Shown here: positions 1-13,205 of the stretch, one piece after another
How the letters are laid out: every line of letters starts with the position of its first letter
Numbering within the stretch: the stretch's first letter is position 1
Assembly (NCBI RefSeq): GCF_006345805.1
Contig: NC_043002.1
Location: forward strand, 868,001 to 932,000
Source of the DNA: Octopus sinensis
Taxonomy: Eukaryota
Length of the DNA: 64,000 nt
Direction: 5' to 3'
Notes under the pieces: generated by a model
Told to the model about the DNA's origin: nothing
What the model saw: only the letters and a program-made list of their open reading frames with translations
Databases searched by the model: none
Translations under genes and position numbers: made by a program

Positions 1-330
1 CCCCAGTTGAACCGTCCAACCCATGCTAGCATGGAAAGCGGACGTTAAATGATGATGATGATGATGATGATCATCATCATCATCATTTAACGTCTGTTGT
101 CCATGCTGGCATGGGTTGGATGGTTTGACCAGAGCTGGTAAGCTGAGGGGCTGCATCAGACTCCAGTCTGATTTGGCATGGTTTCTATGGCTGGATGCCC
201 TTCCTAACACCAACCACTCTGAGAGTTTAATGGGTACTTTTATGTGTCACCGGCACAGGTGCCAGTTACGTGACGCCAGTATCTGCCACAAGTGTGATTC
301 CACTTGGCTTGATGCGTCTTCTTCTCAAGC
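1..330. mobile_element. Two RTE-A LINE 3' ends joined tail-to-tail
   Basis: ccatgctagcatggaaagcggacgttaaa(tga)n ends at about 70 (+) and is immediately followed by (tca)n tttaacgtc...ccatgctggcatggg (-). Confidence 0.85.
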
Positions 331-502
331 ATGGCATACAGCCAAAGTTTTCATTTTGCAGAGTTGGGAAAACCATAATAAAAGACTTCGATGTTATGTG
401 TTCTCAATGAAATGAGTTTCCAGTTTTTCATATACTTTGTTCCGTAATGTTTCTCATCAGTATTCAAAAACCTTTGTATGGATTGTTTTTCTATTTTCCA
501 AG

Positions 503-619
503 TACAAGAGAAAGTTGAAGCTTTAAATGAACGCCTGGAGACATATACAAACTGTAGTATTGATAAACCAGCTCCAGATATTACAGATTCATCAGAAATA
601 TCTGCCAAACCCAAAAGAT
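503..619 (+). CDS. WDR37: WD repeat-containing protein 37, internal exon (coiled-coil/linker region)
   Basis: ttccaag|TA acceptor and T|gtatgt donor; 117 nt, phase 1-1. Translates (L)QEKVEALNERLETYTNCSIDKPAPDITDSSEISAKPKR; EALNERL resembles WDR37 DTLNERL. Joins in frame to the 1970 exon (T+CT = Ser). Confidence 0.8.
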
Positions 620-1103
620 GTATGTATTTTATATGAATTTTATTTCTTTTTTGATGTATATTCTGATTGTACTTAAAACTAATTTCCTCTGAGCCACAAC
701 AATATTAATGGAATTATGTTAAATGAAAAATTCCTCAGGCCATATTTTTCTAAATCCCACATTACAATAGACATATCAAGTATTTGTGATTGTGAGTTAG
801 AAATAGGTTAGTGATTGGAGGATAAGATTTTTAATGTCTGATTTTCGGTCAGATGTGTGACTTACTAATCACCTTTAAGAGTGATTTGCTTTTTATTTAG
901 GAAAAAATTTTGAAAATGTTATAAAAGTGATAAAAGTGAGAAGAAAATGAAAGAAACTGAATTTTATCAATGTTTAATGTAACATCTGCAGAGATTAAAA
1001 ACCATTTTATGTTTGACAACTGCCATAAAAAAAAAGAGAGAAATTAAAAATTGAAAAAGAAGTCATACAAATTAGCATTGCAGGTCATAAATTATTGAAT
1101 TAA

Positions 1104-1262
1104 CCCTTTCGTTACCGTATTTATTTTGAGATAATCTGTGTTTTTTTTTTTTCAATTACTTTTAATATAACAAAGAATTTAGTAAAATAACTTAGTTATC
1201 ATTAAGCTTGTGTTAGGAACATAAATTGTGAGTAAGGTTTGGTGGAAGATTTTAATTCAAAA
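1104..1262. mobile_element. Terminal fragment of a piggyBac-like MITE
   Basis: TTAA (1100-1103) followed by CCCTTTCGTTACC, a piggyBac-type end. The matching opposite end was not found. Confidence 0.45.
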
Positions 1263-1969
1263 TATCATAATGCATTATAATTATTATTATTATTAATCTA
1301 GATTCCTTATTACACAAAAGATTATCCAATTGTTCTTTCAGTTTGTTGGTATTTTCTCTATGTATTGTACCCCTTCTATTTTTTGAGAGGGTGTTGAAGT
1401 CCTGTCTTTTGAAGCCCAATCTATTGTAGTATTTAGTTCTAAATTAGACTGAAACTGTTGGCTCTGTGGGGATCTTCTTGGTTCCAGGATTTATATAATT
1501 TTCAATGCCAACCCACTAAATCTTCCAGATATAACTTACACCATAAACCTGATGCCTTTGCTCCAAGGAGTAGAGTCTTTAAGCTACATCATCACCATAA
1601 TCTTCATCATCACCATCTGATTTTCTATGCTGGCATGGGTTGGATTGGTTCTGTAATGTCTTACCATTCACTCTGGTTCTTTGTCATCTCACATACAAAG
1701 CAATAACATTTTTAAAAAATCCAAATTTGATGCTTGAGATTAAAGCATCTACTTTGGTTGGTTGAAAGTCAGATGGTTAGTTTAGTGTAATGGTATCACA
1801 TCTGTCTTGGTTGTAAATGTGTGGTTTGTGTTCCACAGGTAACTGTCTGCTCTTTTTCCCTTTTTAAAGCCACTGTGCTATAAGCTATTGTTTAGTACTG
1901 AATTCCCTTTCAGATATACCATTAGTACAGTCTTATTTCTTGAGTAATTTGGAAACTTTTCTTATTCAG

Positions 1970-2155
1970 CTGCAAGTCAAATTTCACAGAAGATCAAGTC
2001 AACCTATAAAGTATCAACTAGTAAAATAGTCTCCAGTTTTCGGACAGCTCCTACTGCATACAATTTAGTGAGGGAGTATTCTGGGCATCGTGATGGAGTA
2101 TGGGAAGTCAGTGTGTCAAAAGCTGGGCATCCAGTTTTAGGTACAGCATCTGCAG
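1970..2155 (+). CDS. WDR37: WDR37 internal exon (start of first WD40 repeat)
   Basis: cttattcag|CT ... GCAG|gtaag; 186 nt, phase 1-1. [61 protein letters not shown](D) closely matches remembered WDR37 [23 protein letters not shown]...GHRDGIWDVSV...LGTASAD. Confidence 0.93.
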
Positions 2156-2434
2156 GTAAGTTAATTGCTTAATTGCCAGTTGCATATAAGTGACTGTTTA
2201 TTATATTTACAGTCAATCAACATACATCTCTTCAAAGAAATCACTTCTATGCCATAGCATGTGGTAAATTCGTTTATTATTTTGGCTGTTGTTGGCTACC
2301 ACTAGTTTCCTGGGACTAAAGTTTCATATTATTCTGGTTACATGTAAAAAGATAACATCTACCTCATATATATTTCATTAATAATTCACTTCAAATTAAT
2401 ACAATTTGAATTTTTCCAATTATTAGCAATATAA

Positions 2435-3310
2435 CTTCATCCCAGGTCTACCTGGGTCTACCTCTTCCACAGGTTCTCTCAACCGCCACACCCTAGCGGT
2501 TGAGGGAACCTGTGGAAGACGTAGACCCAGGAAGACTTGGGATGAAGTGGTGAAGCACGACCTTCAAACTTTGGGCTTCACTGAGGAAATGACTAGTGAC
2601 CGAGACTTTTGGAAATATGCCGTATGTGAGAAGACCCGGCAAGCCAAATGAGACCATAATCTCGTGGCCTATGCCAGGGGTGTTACCAGCCCACTTATGC
2701 GTACCTTTTCCTTTTTTGGACACTAAAACTCTGCTTGTGAAGACCTGTTGAGGCAAGTGAAATCAAAATCAAAATCAAATTCGATGACTGGCATCTGTGC
2801 TAGTGGGGTGCAAAGAGCACCATACAAGTGTGATCATTGACAGAGCGGCTAACTGGCTTCCGTGCCAGTGGCACTTAAAAGGCACCATTCGAGCGTGATC
2901 ATTACCAGCATTACCTTACTGGCACTCGAGCCCCGTGCTAGTAGGGTATTAAGAGCACCATCCGAGCGTGATCGTTGCCAGAGCGGCTATCTGGCCTCTG
3001 TGCCGTGGCACGTAAAAGACACCATTCAAGCGTGATCGTTACCAGCATCGCCTTACTGGCACCTGTGCCGGTGGCATGTGTAACAAAAATCGAGCAAGGT
3101 TGTTGCCAGTACCGCCTGACTGGCCCTGTGCTGGTGGCACGTAAAAAGCACCCACTACACTCTCAGAGTGTTTGGTGTTAGGAAGGGCATCAAGCTGTAG
3201 AAAGTCTGCCAGATCAAGATTGAAGCCTGGTGCAGCCATGTGGTTCGCCAGCCCTCAGTCATTCGTCCAACCCATGCCAGCATGGAAAGTGGACGTTAAA
3301 TGATGATGAT
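2435..3310 (+). mobile_element. 5'-truncated RTE-A LINE 3' end with a fold-back at its 5' end
   Basis: Encodes ..LAVEGTCGRRRPRKTWDEVVKHDL.. followed by the 3' UTR repeat units and a (GAT)n tail. 2435-2486 is the reverse complement of 2496-2547. Confidence 0.85.
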
Positions 3311-3399
3311 AACATTATTTCTATATCCTATGTTTTGACAGGTTTGATCTGTGGTCCTCATGGGGTGTCTTATTCCTGGATAAGTTCATTTTTGATTGA

Positions 3400-4100
3400 A
3401 TTTGAAATAGGAACCTTGATATCTAAACTCAGGCTGGTCATAATCTTGTCCACTATGTCACTGACGTCTATACATTTAATTTTTAATTTGTTATGGCAAA
3501 GAACAATCTTCACCATTGTATCAGATTCTACAAAAGAAATGAATCATCTGAAAAACTCCTTCCTGAATAACAAATAAACCATTATATTTGTCACCCATAG
3601 CAGTTCCTAAAACACAAAGCAAAGGTCAAACCGAATTCCTCTTTGTCTGTGACCCACGGAAATGTCTGATAGAATTCAGAGAATATGCAATATGCATAAC
3701 ACAAGTTCTGGGTTCAAATACCACTCTTTTCAGATGATTCACCAAAGTCTCAGGAATGGCAAGAATATAAATGGAGGATCTATAACATGCCATACTTTTG
3801 TAGAAAGTCCTGTCAAAGAGAAAGTAGGAGACTTGTTAAGACCTGAGGGAGGAGCATAATGAAAATAGAGACACCCAAGTGAGGAATGGCTGAATATATA
3901 AATGTGTGGAAAAGTGATCAAAGACTCTAAGGAATATAATTTCCATACTGAAAGATAAATACAGTAAAAACCTATAAAATCAAAAAATGGTCTACATAGC
4001 ACTCGTTGGAAACAAAATAATAAGGCTAATGCTGACATTAGCTGAGTATGGTTGCCTTTAATGAAAGAAAATATATTTAAGCAATTTAAAATGTAACCTC
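3400..4100 (+). mobile_element. Possible degenerate Penelope-like element remnant
   Basis: FNLLWQRTIFTIVSDSTKEMNHLKNSFLNN resembles the PLE RT C-terminal FNLARRICTIVSD..L..LK motif; heavily decayed. Confidence 0.3.
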
Positions 4101-5275
4101 AAATGTAATACATGCGTCAGTGATATTGAGAAGAAGCACCTGTTCTACTTGCCATTATTAGTTTAGAGTTAAAGACTCCTTGTCTGAATCCACAATGTAA
4201 ATAGATTTCCAGGGACAAGACACCTGATGTTGACTGAAGATCAAACCAATTGAAATGTATTTTAGGTACAAATCTTGAAAAGGTTTCATCTCTAAAGCTG
4301 TCACTGAGACACTTTGTTTTATGTTGCTCCAGTATGACTCAGCTGTAGAAATGGGTTGTGGGGACGTCGCTGGTGCCAAGCTGTATTGACCTTTTCTCTA
4401 AGTCTGGTATGCATGGGTGACTGCTGGTCTTCCATAAACAATCTTGCCTGGACTTGTGCCTTAAAGGGGAACTTCCTAGGTGCAATCCCATGGCCATTCA
4501 TGACCAAAGGAGGGGGGGTCCATCTTTTATGAACAATAACTTATTCCAAACATTTAGACATTTAATTTCTTAAAATTATTTTGGAAAAAATTTCACTTTT
4601 ACTTTTAATTCTTTTTAAAGCCATGAGGCTGTAATTCTGTTATTTTTATATCCTGGTGTTGGATAAATAATCTAACAAAGCAGGTGGAAAGAAAATATTC
4701 ACATGATACACTATGTTTATTGTTACATGAGGTTAAATGCTGTCTGACAACAGCTCACAGCGAACTGCTTCCTTAATCAATTGCTCACCATTCTTTATTT
4801 TATAGCAATGAATCAGTCCACTTATAGTCACTTGGAGGGTGGTCAGAATCCTTCCACAACAGTTATTCTCTGAGTTGGTAGTGCAACCTTGTTAATTTTG
4901 GCTACAGTAATTTTGTTCATATAAGAAGCTACTCAAAATAAAATCATATTAAATTCCAGGTTATTACAGATGATGATGACAATGGTAGTGGTACCACCAT
5001 TGTCTGTTATCATCATGATTCTCTCCAGCTTTGATGTTTTTCTGAGTTATATATTTCATCTGCCAGTTCAGATTGGAGCCTGGTGCAGCCATCTGGTTCG
5101 CCAGTCCTCAGTCAAATCGTCCAACCCATGCTAGCATGGAAAGCGGACGTTAAATGATGATGATATCTCAGCTCCTTCCTGCAGCTTAGAGAGGCAACCC
5201 TTTCTTCAATCCATGCATTGTCCTGGGCATGGCCATCAACTAGGTACTCTCAATATGTCAGGTAGTTCCAACTTA

Positions 5276-6577
5276 CAAGGTGGTTTCAAAAAGTTCCCAG
5301 ACTAGTAATGTTTAATTAAAAGATAACTTATTTACCTTAGTTTTGACATCATCTCCATGGAAATAGTCATCTTGCACAGCACTACACTGGTCCCAGTATT
5401 GCTGCCACTTTTGGAGGAAGTCATTTTCCTTAAGTTAGTCAAGGACCTTCTGAGATTCACTCTTGATCTCAACAAGAATGTTAAAACTGTGACCTTTGAG
5501 CTACATTTTCATCTTGGGGAAGAGATGAAAGTCCATAGGTGCTAAATCTGGTGAATAGGGCAGGTGCAGAAGCAACACCATGTTGTTTTTGGTGAGAAAC
5601 TTATGAGTGAGGGGAGCTCAAGTGACAGGGTGCCTTGATGTTGTGAAGAATCCAATTCTTCATGTTCTACAGATTCAGTTGCTTTTGCTCAATGTTCTCC
5701 CTCAAACGCTTCAAAATGTTGCAGTAGAACTCTCAATTGATGGCCTGACCCTGGGGGAGGAATTCTCGATGTACAATACTGTGGATGCCAAAAAAAAAAT
5801 GATGAGCATGCTCTTCATTGAGCAGTGGCTTTGTCCTACCTTCTTTGGTCGTGGTGATGAAGGGCTTTGCATTGTGATGACTGCTGCTTCGTGTCAGGGT
5901 TGTACACATAGACCCCACTATCATCACCGGTGATGATCCTCAACTTGAAGGATGGATCATCGGCAGCATACTGATGGAGATCTTGACAAACTTTGATGTT
6001 CTTTTTGCTCAGTGGTCAGCTGGTGGGAGGCAGACATGCTGCATGTTCATTTCAGATGCTAGGACTGCTTGCACGGACCTATACAACAGACCAGCAACAT
6101 CAGCAATGTCATTGATTGTCCTCTGACGATCCTCATGCACAAGCTGATGAATTTTTGCCACATTTCTTGGGATGATGCTCATGGCAGGTCTTCCAGATCG
6201 CACATTGTTTTCCAGTGACATCCCTCTGCTTTTCAAGTGCCTCTGCCACTTGAACTATTGCGTACGACCCATCGCCTCATTGCTGTAAGTTTGCCAAAGC
6301 ATGCTCAATGTCTCAGGAGTGGACTTCCCAAGTTTAATGCAAAATCTCATGTTAGCTCTTTGTTCCAGCTTTCTGACCATCACAAAAACACAGACTACAA
6401 GATACATGTAATCACAAAAAAAACTCAAATTTCACAACTTGTAAAGTAAACACAATGATGTCACTTGGCACACTACCTCATAAAGGTCACTGCTAGTTCT
6501 TGCTGTGCATGCAACTATGTGCTGCCATCTGTTGGTGTACTACAGAACTAGTTTGGAAACTTTTTAATACTACCTCA
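5276..6577 (-). mobile_element. Full-length degenerate mariner transposon (1,302 bp)
   Basis: 33-bp imperfect TIRs including the TA (26/33 identical) with TA duplications at 5274-5275 and 6578-6579. Minus-strand motifs RSGRP, IITGDD(S), WILHNI (from WILHHDNA) and YSPDLAPMDFHLFPKMK; several stops and frameshifts. Confidence 0.9.
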
Positions 6578-6654
6578 TATCATGCCAAATTTTTGCATTC
6601 TTTGAGACAGTTCCCAGTGCACCAATCATGATGGGCATTATACTCACTATTGAG

Positions 6655-6656
<2 letters not shown>

Positions 6657-6710
<54 letters not shown>

Positions 6711-6712
6711 AT

Positions 6713-6765
<53 letters not shown>

Positions 6766-6771
6766 TCACAA

Positions 6772-6816
<45 letters not shown>

Positions 6817-6817
6817 A

Positions 6818-6849
<32 letters not shown>

Positions 6850-6855
6850 TCACAA

Positions 6856-6890
<35 letters not shown>

Positions 6891-6891
6891 T

Positions 6892-6928
<37 letters not shown>

Positions 6929-6972
6929 AATATATATATATATACACACACACACACCACACACACTCACAA

Positions 6973-7007
<35 letters not shown>

Positions 7008-7057
7008 TACATATACACACACACACATACATATACACACACACACACACACACACA
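6657..7057. repeat. Compound (CT)n-(TA)n-(CA)n microsatellite
   Basis: Directly visible, with a recurring cactcacaaa(ta)n(ca)n higher-order unit. Confidence 0.95.
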
Positions 7058-7164
7058 TTCTCCACTTCAAATGCCAGGTGTTGAGGCCGTTTGGCTTTTC
7101 CATTCTCTGTCTTCACAATGCTCTGCTCAACAGGTGCCACTATGTCAGTGAACATCCTTGCTTT

Positions 7165-7895
7165 TGTCTCTTTCCATAGAAAAGAGACATATGGTTGATT
7201 ATTGGATGATGCCTGTGTGCGAACTGCTATGCTACATGGCAGTGATAAATAGGTTGTGGCTACTGAGGATATGTGAAGGCTTGAAAGAAATGAAGCCAGT
7301 ATGCTCCACTGGGATGGGTAATGTCAGTGTGCATGTATGACAATAATTTGAGAGTAAAACTGGGAATACAAAAGGTCAGAGGAAATGTGTAAGAGAGAAG
7401 ACTGCACTGGTCCAGTCATGTAATGTGTATGAATGAAGACACATCAAGAAGTGCTGAGGGAACATGTGGAAGGGACAGACCCAGGAAGATGTGGGACGAA
7501 GTGGTGAGAAAGGATCTTCAAATGTTGAGCTTCACAGAGGAGATGATAGGGAAGCGTTTTGCTGTGCTTGAGAAGACATGTGAAGCTAAGTAAAATGATG
7601 GTTGTCTTTGCATACAGGCATGTCCCTTGCAACTATCTCCAGCTGAGCATTCCTAGTCTTGTGGGCTTGTGGGTGTTCATGCCACATAGAATGTACCTGT
7701 ACCAGTGTCATGTGAACACACCTGTGCTGGTGCCACATAAAAAGCACCCAGTACATTCTGTAAAGTGGTTGGCATTAGGAAGGGCATCCAGCTGTAGAGA
7801 CCCTGCCAAAACAGACATGGAGCCTGGGCAGCTCTTCACCTGTCAAACCGTCCAACTCATACCAGCATGGAAAACAGATGTTAAATGATGATGTT
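7165..7895 (+). mobile_element. Old degenerate RTE-A-related LINE 3' fragment
   Basis: DACVRTAMLHGS motif, EGTCGRDRPRKMWDEVV motif, 3' UTR and gatgatg tail. Confidence 0.75.
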
Positions 7896-8451
7896 GCAGC
7901 TTCTTATCTGTACAGATTGTATTACAATCTATCTGGGTTTCATTTGATCATTCCCTGTGACTGACAAAGGCTGCTGTATGTATCAGTTGTCTATACACTA
8001 GACCGTATCTCCTGCACACTTTGTGCACCTGCTGTGCAACTTTGTCATAGCCTCTTTTGTACTCCCTTTAGACCAGTGTTGATCATCCACTAACTACATG
8101 TCTGACGGTTTCACATGAGTTTCCATACCATTTGCACAGAGATATTTTTGCTGTACTATCAATGCTCTACTTGACTGAGTTTCTTCAGGATGAAGTAGAA
8201 TTTTCGTCTCATAATAGAGTTTTGGCTGGTTTAGATTTGTGTGTTAAATGGAACTCCGTGAAGACTCTGGAGAAAGACAAACCTCAACTTATTTAATGCT
8301 CAAGTCCAAAACATTATCTGCCTATAAAACACTGAGTAGAGGTGGCCTCTTCTGGAAAGGATGAAGTTGTTCAAAACTAGTAGGAATTAGGAATATATTT
8401 GTTTAACGAGAAGGAATTATATCTCACTCATTAAAGGATTATATTATTTCT

Positions 8452-8483
<32 letters not shown>

Positions 8484-10232
8484 TTCATATGCAGGAAGAG
8501 TTTTAGTTAAATTTGATTTGCAAAGTATTTGTAAAACAATGAGATAGATTTCAATGACTTTATATCCTGGTTTTGATATTTTGCACATTTCTTGATGCAA
8601 TATTTCACATGGGAGGTTAACTAATGAATGAGTTGCATTAATTAACTATAAATCTCTTGAATTAGACATTATAGGACTAATTTAAAAACAGGAAAGAGCA
8701 ACAGCCCCTCCCCCACTCATGGAACTTGCAATTCTTTCCTATGACATTCTAATTATTATTGGAGCTGTGGTCTCTCAATGCACAGAAGTAGTTGCTTGAC
8801 CTGAAGAGACTCCCTGATCTTTGAGCTATGCACCCTCTCCAGTAGTGTTACTCCAAAGACTCTTTGAAGGACCCCATTTTGGCCATTTGTATTTGTGATT
8901 GTACTCCTTTTTCTATTACCCAACATTCATGACCATAAGTGAAGATAGACATGGAAACCGAATTGAAGATGATGAGTTTGGCCCTTTTGCCAACCCCTCC
9001 TCTCCTGAGGGGTCAAATGCTGGATCTGGTACATTACTATGCCAGTACCTGCAATTCTAGCATTCAGTTCAACCTCCTGCTCCCATCACTTGTGAATACA
9101 GCCTCAAGATTATTGAACTTCTCCACTTGTCTCAGTGATGTTCCATTAACATGCAGAGTGCACTGGGACAAATTTCTTGAGAGAACCATTGTCTCAGTCT
9201 TTGCAGCAGTAATTCTCATTCCTGCCTTGGGTAGTGAACCCATTCACAACATGTTGGAGATCACCTTCTGATGAACCCATGTTGTCTGCAGCAAATATCG
9301 GCTGACACTGATCCTACACTGCCAACTGTGATGTCACTTTCACAATGGTTGTGCATGTCAATCCATTTCACAAAAATTATGAAAAGCAGAGGTGACAACG
9401 TACATGGCAACCTCTAGTTGCTGTGAAGTTCCTTTAAGAATGTCCAGGTGTTTGTATTCAGGTGAATGGCACCATGTCGAAACCTTTCAAGTGGGTATTG
9501 GACTTTGGCAGGGGTGCATATTGCCAACTCTCCATTTTTTAAATTTTTATGAATTGGTTTGGCATATGTAGCCATTGTGCAGTGAGTGTAAGATTGGTCA
9601 ACTGATATTTTCACAAAGCATGGGACTACTTGGTTCTTCAGAAAGTGATCTCCAACATGTAGTGAATAGGTTCACTGACCAAGTGCTGCAAGGCAGAGAT
9701 GAGAATTAGTGTTCTAATATTGTTGTGGCAAGAATATCATTGACACCCCTGGAGGATTGGAAGAACAGACAGAAAGGGTAGAGGTCGGTAGTATTTGTGA
9801 GAGAACATTTGGTAGTCTTACAAAGTACACCATGTGAACACATTGATTGAACCTCCGCTGTGTAACAAGGATATAAAAAATATAAATGCTAATATTTAAT
9901 ATATCACTGAGTAACATCTGTAATTATTTTGCTTATTGTTTATTTATCTGAGCTGTAAAGGAAATTCTGTGTTAAGGGTGGCGGCAGAAACAGAAGTGAG
10001 CTGGGCTGCAGCCATGCTTGGGCACCATCATAATGGATTTGGTTGACAAATTGACCCCTTATTTTTAAATTCTGCTACTTATTAGAATAAGTAGCAGACT
10101 TGATCTGTTTTGGCAAACCACTAAGTTATGGGGTGCAAACAAATCAACACTGGTTGTCAAGTGATGGTAGTGAAACACACACACACACAGCACCACCATC
10201 ATTTAACATCTATTTTTTATGCTGGCATGGGT

Positions 10233-10263
<31 letters not shown>

Positions 10264-12578
10264 TCATCATCTAATGTTTGCTTTTCATGCTGGCATGGCT
10301 TAGATGGTTTGGTAGGAGCTGGCTAGAAAGAAGACTGCTCCAGGCTGCAGTGTCTGTTTTGGTATGGTTTTTATGGCTGGATACCCTTCCTGACACCAAC
10401 TGCCACACAGTGGACTGAGTGCTTTTTGTGTAGCCCCAGTACTGGCAAGGTCACCAGGTAACTTGCAAGACAAAGATCCTTTGAGAGGGGAGGGAGCTTT
10501 GGAGGGGGGGTGATCTTATGCCAGATGATGAAAAGTTAGTGTGTGGTAAGCAGAAACAGGTGTCTTGGTATAGAGGAGATACATGGTTACCTGGTCAGGG
10601 GGAGAGAGATAGAGAATGAGAGAGATGGTGGTGAAGTGTCCGGGCATACTCAAAAGGAACAGGGATCAGAATATAAATGGGATGTTAGAGTAGAGCAAGG
10701 AAGAAATGGATGATGGCAAAGTTGCAGGAGATACCCTCAAGGTACAGGTGTCATAAATGACAGGATATTACTAAAAGTGTGTGAGTGATGAGTAGAGACT
10801 TCACATGGATGCAGAGAGTGTGAGGGTTGTGAATGCAGTGCCTGGTGAAACCTGGGTGTATAAAGGGGGTGGGGAACTATGGGATAGCAATGATACAGCA
10901 AGCAGGGCAGGGAGGACTGGATTGGGGAACGAGAGATAAGCATAGTGCATGAAAAGAAGAAATGTGAAGAAAAGAAGAGGAGATGTAGTTTGGTTTTTTG
11001 AGGTAGGATGTGGGAAAAGGTTGATTGTTACATGTGGGTGGAACACACAGTGCTTCTAGAATTCAGTTTCACTGAAGTGGGCAGATCTTCTCAAGAACCT
11101 TATATATATATATGTCATTGCCAGTCCCGCCTGACTGGTTCGTGTGCCGGTGGCATGTAAAAGCACCCACTACACTCTCGGAGTGGTTGGCGTTAGGGAA
11201 GGGCATCCAGCCGTAGAAACACTGCCAGATCAAGATTGGAGCCTGGTGCAGCCATCTGGTTCACCAGTCCTCAGTAAAATCGTCCAACCCATGCTAGCAT
11301 GGAAAGCGGACATTAAACGATGATGATGATGATATATATATATCAGGGGCATATATTCTGGTTGTGCAGTGTACACCCATCGAAAATGGCAAATTCCTTA
11401 TAAATACCAGCGTTACTCATTAATTTAATCACAAATCTTAATGGAAAACTTTTGTTATACCTCTGCTTGAAATTTGGAGGCATTGGGTGTGGCAGCACAA
11501 CCAATTCTTCAGCAACCACCATATACCACTGATGCCCTTCTTTTCTGTTGTATTGGTTGCTTGGTGCTATTGTAGAAGATACTTGCCCAAGGGACTATGC
11601 AGTGGGACTGAAATTCGAACCGTGTGATTGCAATGTGAGCTTCTTAATCATAGACATGGTTGTATAATTTACTCGTTTGACATTTCATAGTTTAATTATA
11701 CTATATTAGTGGAATTAAAACCGTATGAATTATAGTGGAATTTTTTATTCTCAGGATAATTGAGATTTTTGCTCTTGAATGGGTTAACAAAACCTCAGAA
11801 TCTCACTTCTGTTATTTCATTCTGCACACAAATTTATTAACTTATAAAAAGAGTGGACTTAAAGTGTTTAAAAATTGCATTGGTCAACTATTTTTTGTTT
11901 TTAATGGTTTTCTCAATGAGGTTTAAGTTACAATTTATAACATTTATTGCAAAAGTGAATAGTAATTTTTCTAAAATGATTCATATACATTTTTATGAAC
12001 GTCGTTTTGTTTTTTCTCTGTATAATTATTTAAAATATAAATATGTAATTATAAGTGTGATCCAAGTGGATTGCAATTAAAACGAGACGAAGCAATCATA
12101 ATGGATAGCATTGAAAGACAGACAGACAGACAGACAGCTCAACAGACCTGTTCACAAGCTGTTGTGGCTTCTTTGTCTTTCCTTCTTTCTCTTGCTATTG
12201 ACTGTTGTTCAGAGATTATTGACTACCATATTTATATGAGTATTATATATACCTTTTTGTTGATTTTTAAACTTGAATATTAAGTGTGCACATTATAGAC
12301 AAGAATTAAATGTGTCAGGTGTGTCACAATGTTTGTGACAGCAGAATGGAAGTTTGTCAGTCGTACCTATTGTCCGTCCAAGCACACCGATGATTCACTG
12401 TGACAATGTTACATTTTTCTATAAATGAGGAGAATGCATTAAATGTTTAGTACAACTGTTAGACACAAGACCCTTGGAATTACTGCTGTCAAACCTGAGT
12501 ACACAAGGCCAGAATGTAATGATATTACCATTGTCAAAAATATTCTTTGAGTTATTTAATGGGAAAATTAATAAATCA

Positions 12579-13205
12579 ATCATCATCATCATCATCATCG
12601 TTTAGCGTCCGTTTTCCATGCTAGCATGGGTTGGACGGTTCTACTGGGGTCTGTGAAGCCAGAAGGCTTCATCAGACCCAGTCAAATCTGGCAGTGTTTC
12701 TACGGCTGGATGCCCTTCCTAACGCCAACCACTCCGTGAGTGTAGTGGGTGCTTTTTACGTGCCACCCGCACTGGTGCCAGACAGAGCTGGCAAACAGCC
12801 ACGAACGGACGGTGCTTTTTATGTGCCACCGGCACGAGGGCCAGGCGAGGCTGCCAACGGACACGAAACGGGGCGGTGCTGGCAACGGTCGCGAAACGGA
12901 AAGTTCTCTTACATGCCACCGGCACTGGTAACACATCTGCAATTTCCATTGATCGATTTCCATTGATCGATTTCGATTCTGATCGTCACTTGCCTCAACG
13001 GGTCTTCACAAGCAGAGTTTTGACATGCCACCGGCACTGGTAGCACATCCGCAATTTCCATTGATCGATTTCGATTCTGATCCTCACTTGCCTCATCACG
13101 TCTTCACAAGTAGAGTTTTGTGTCCCAAGAAGGGAAGGTATGCATACGTAGGCTGGCTCCATCCCATGTAGAAGGCCACGGGTTATGGACTCACTTGTCC
13201 TGCCG
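12579..13205 (-). mobile_element. Young RTE-A LINE 3' end
   Basis: (ATC)n tail at 12579. Near-identical to 47200-47829 and 56404-57058, including a shared ~95-bp internal duplication. Confidence 0.9.

Noticed and set aside
1825-1845. ttccacag|gtaact as a recursive splice site or exon end
   Set aside because: The intron is only 1.35 kb, and upstream acceptors give either a stop or a frameshift; probably chance.
5920-5937. 18-bp perfect palindrome atcatcaccggtgatgat
   Set aside because: It is simply the codons for IITGDD in the mariner transposase.
6582-6656. IMPIMIGALGTVSK (minus strand), resembling the C-terminus of an RLE-type (R4/NeSL) LINE split by the mariner
   Set aside because: Too short and too decayed on the other side of the mariner to support as a feature.
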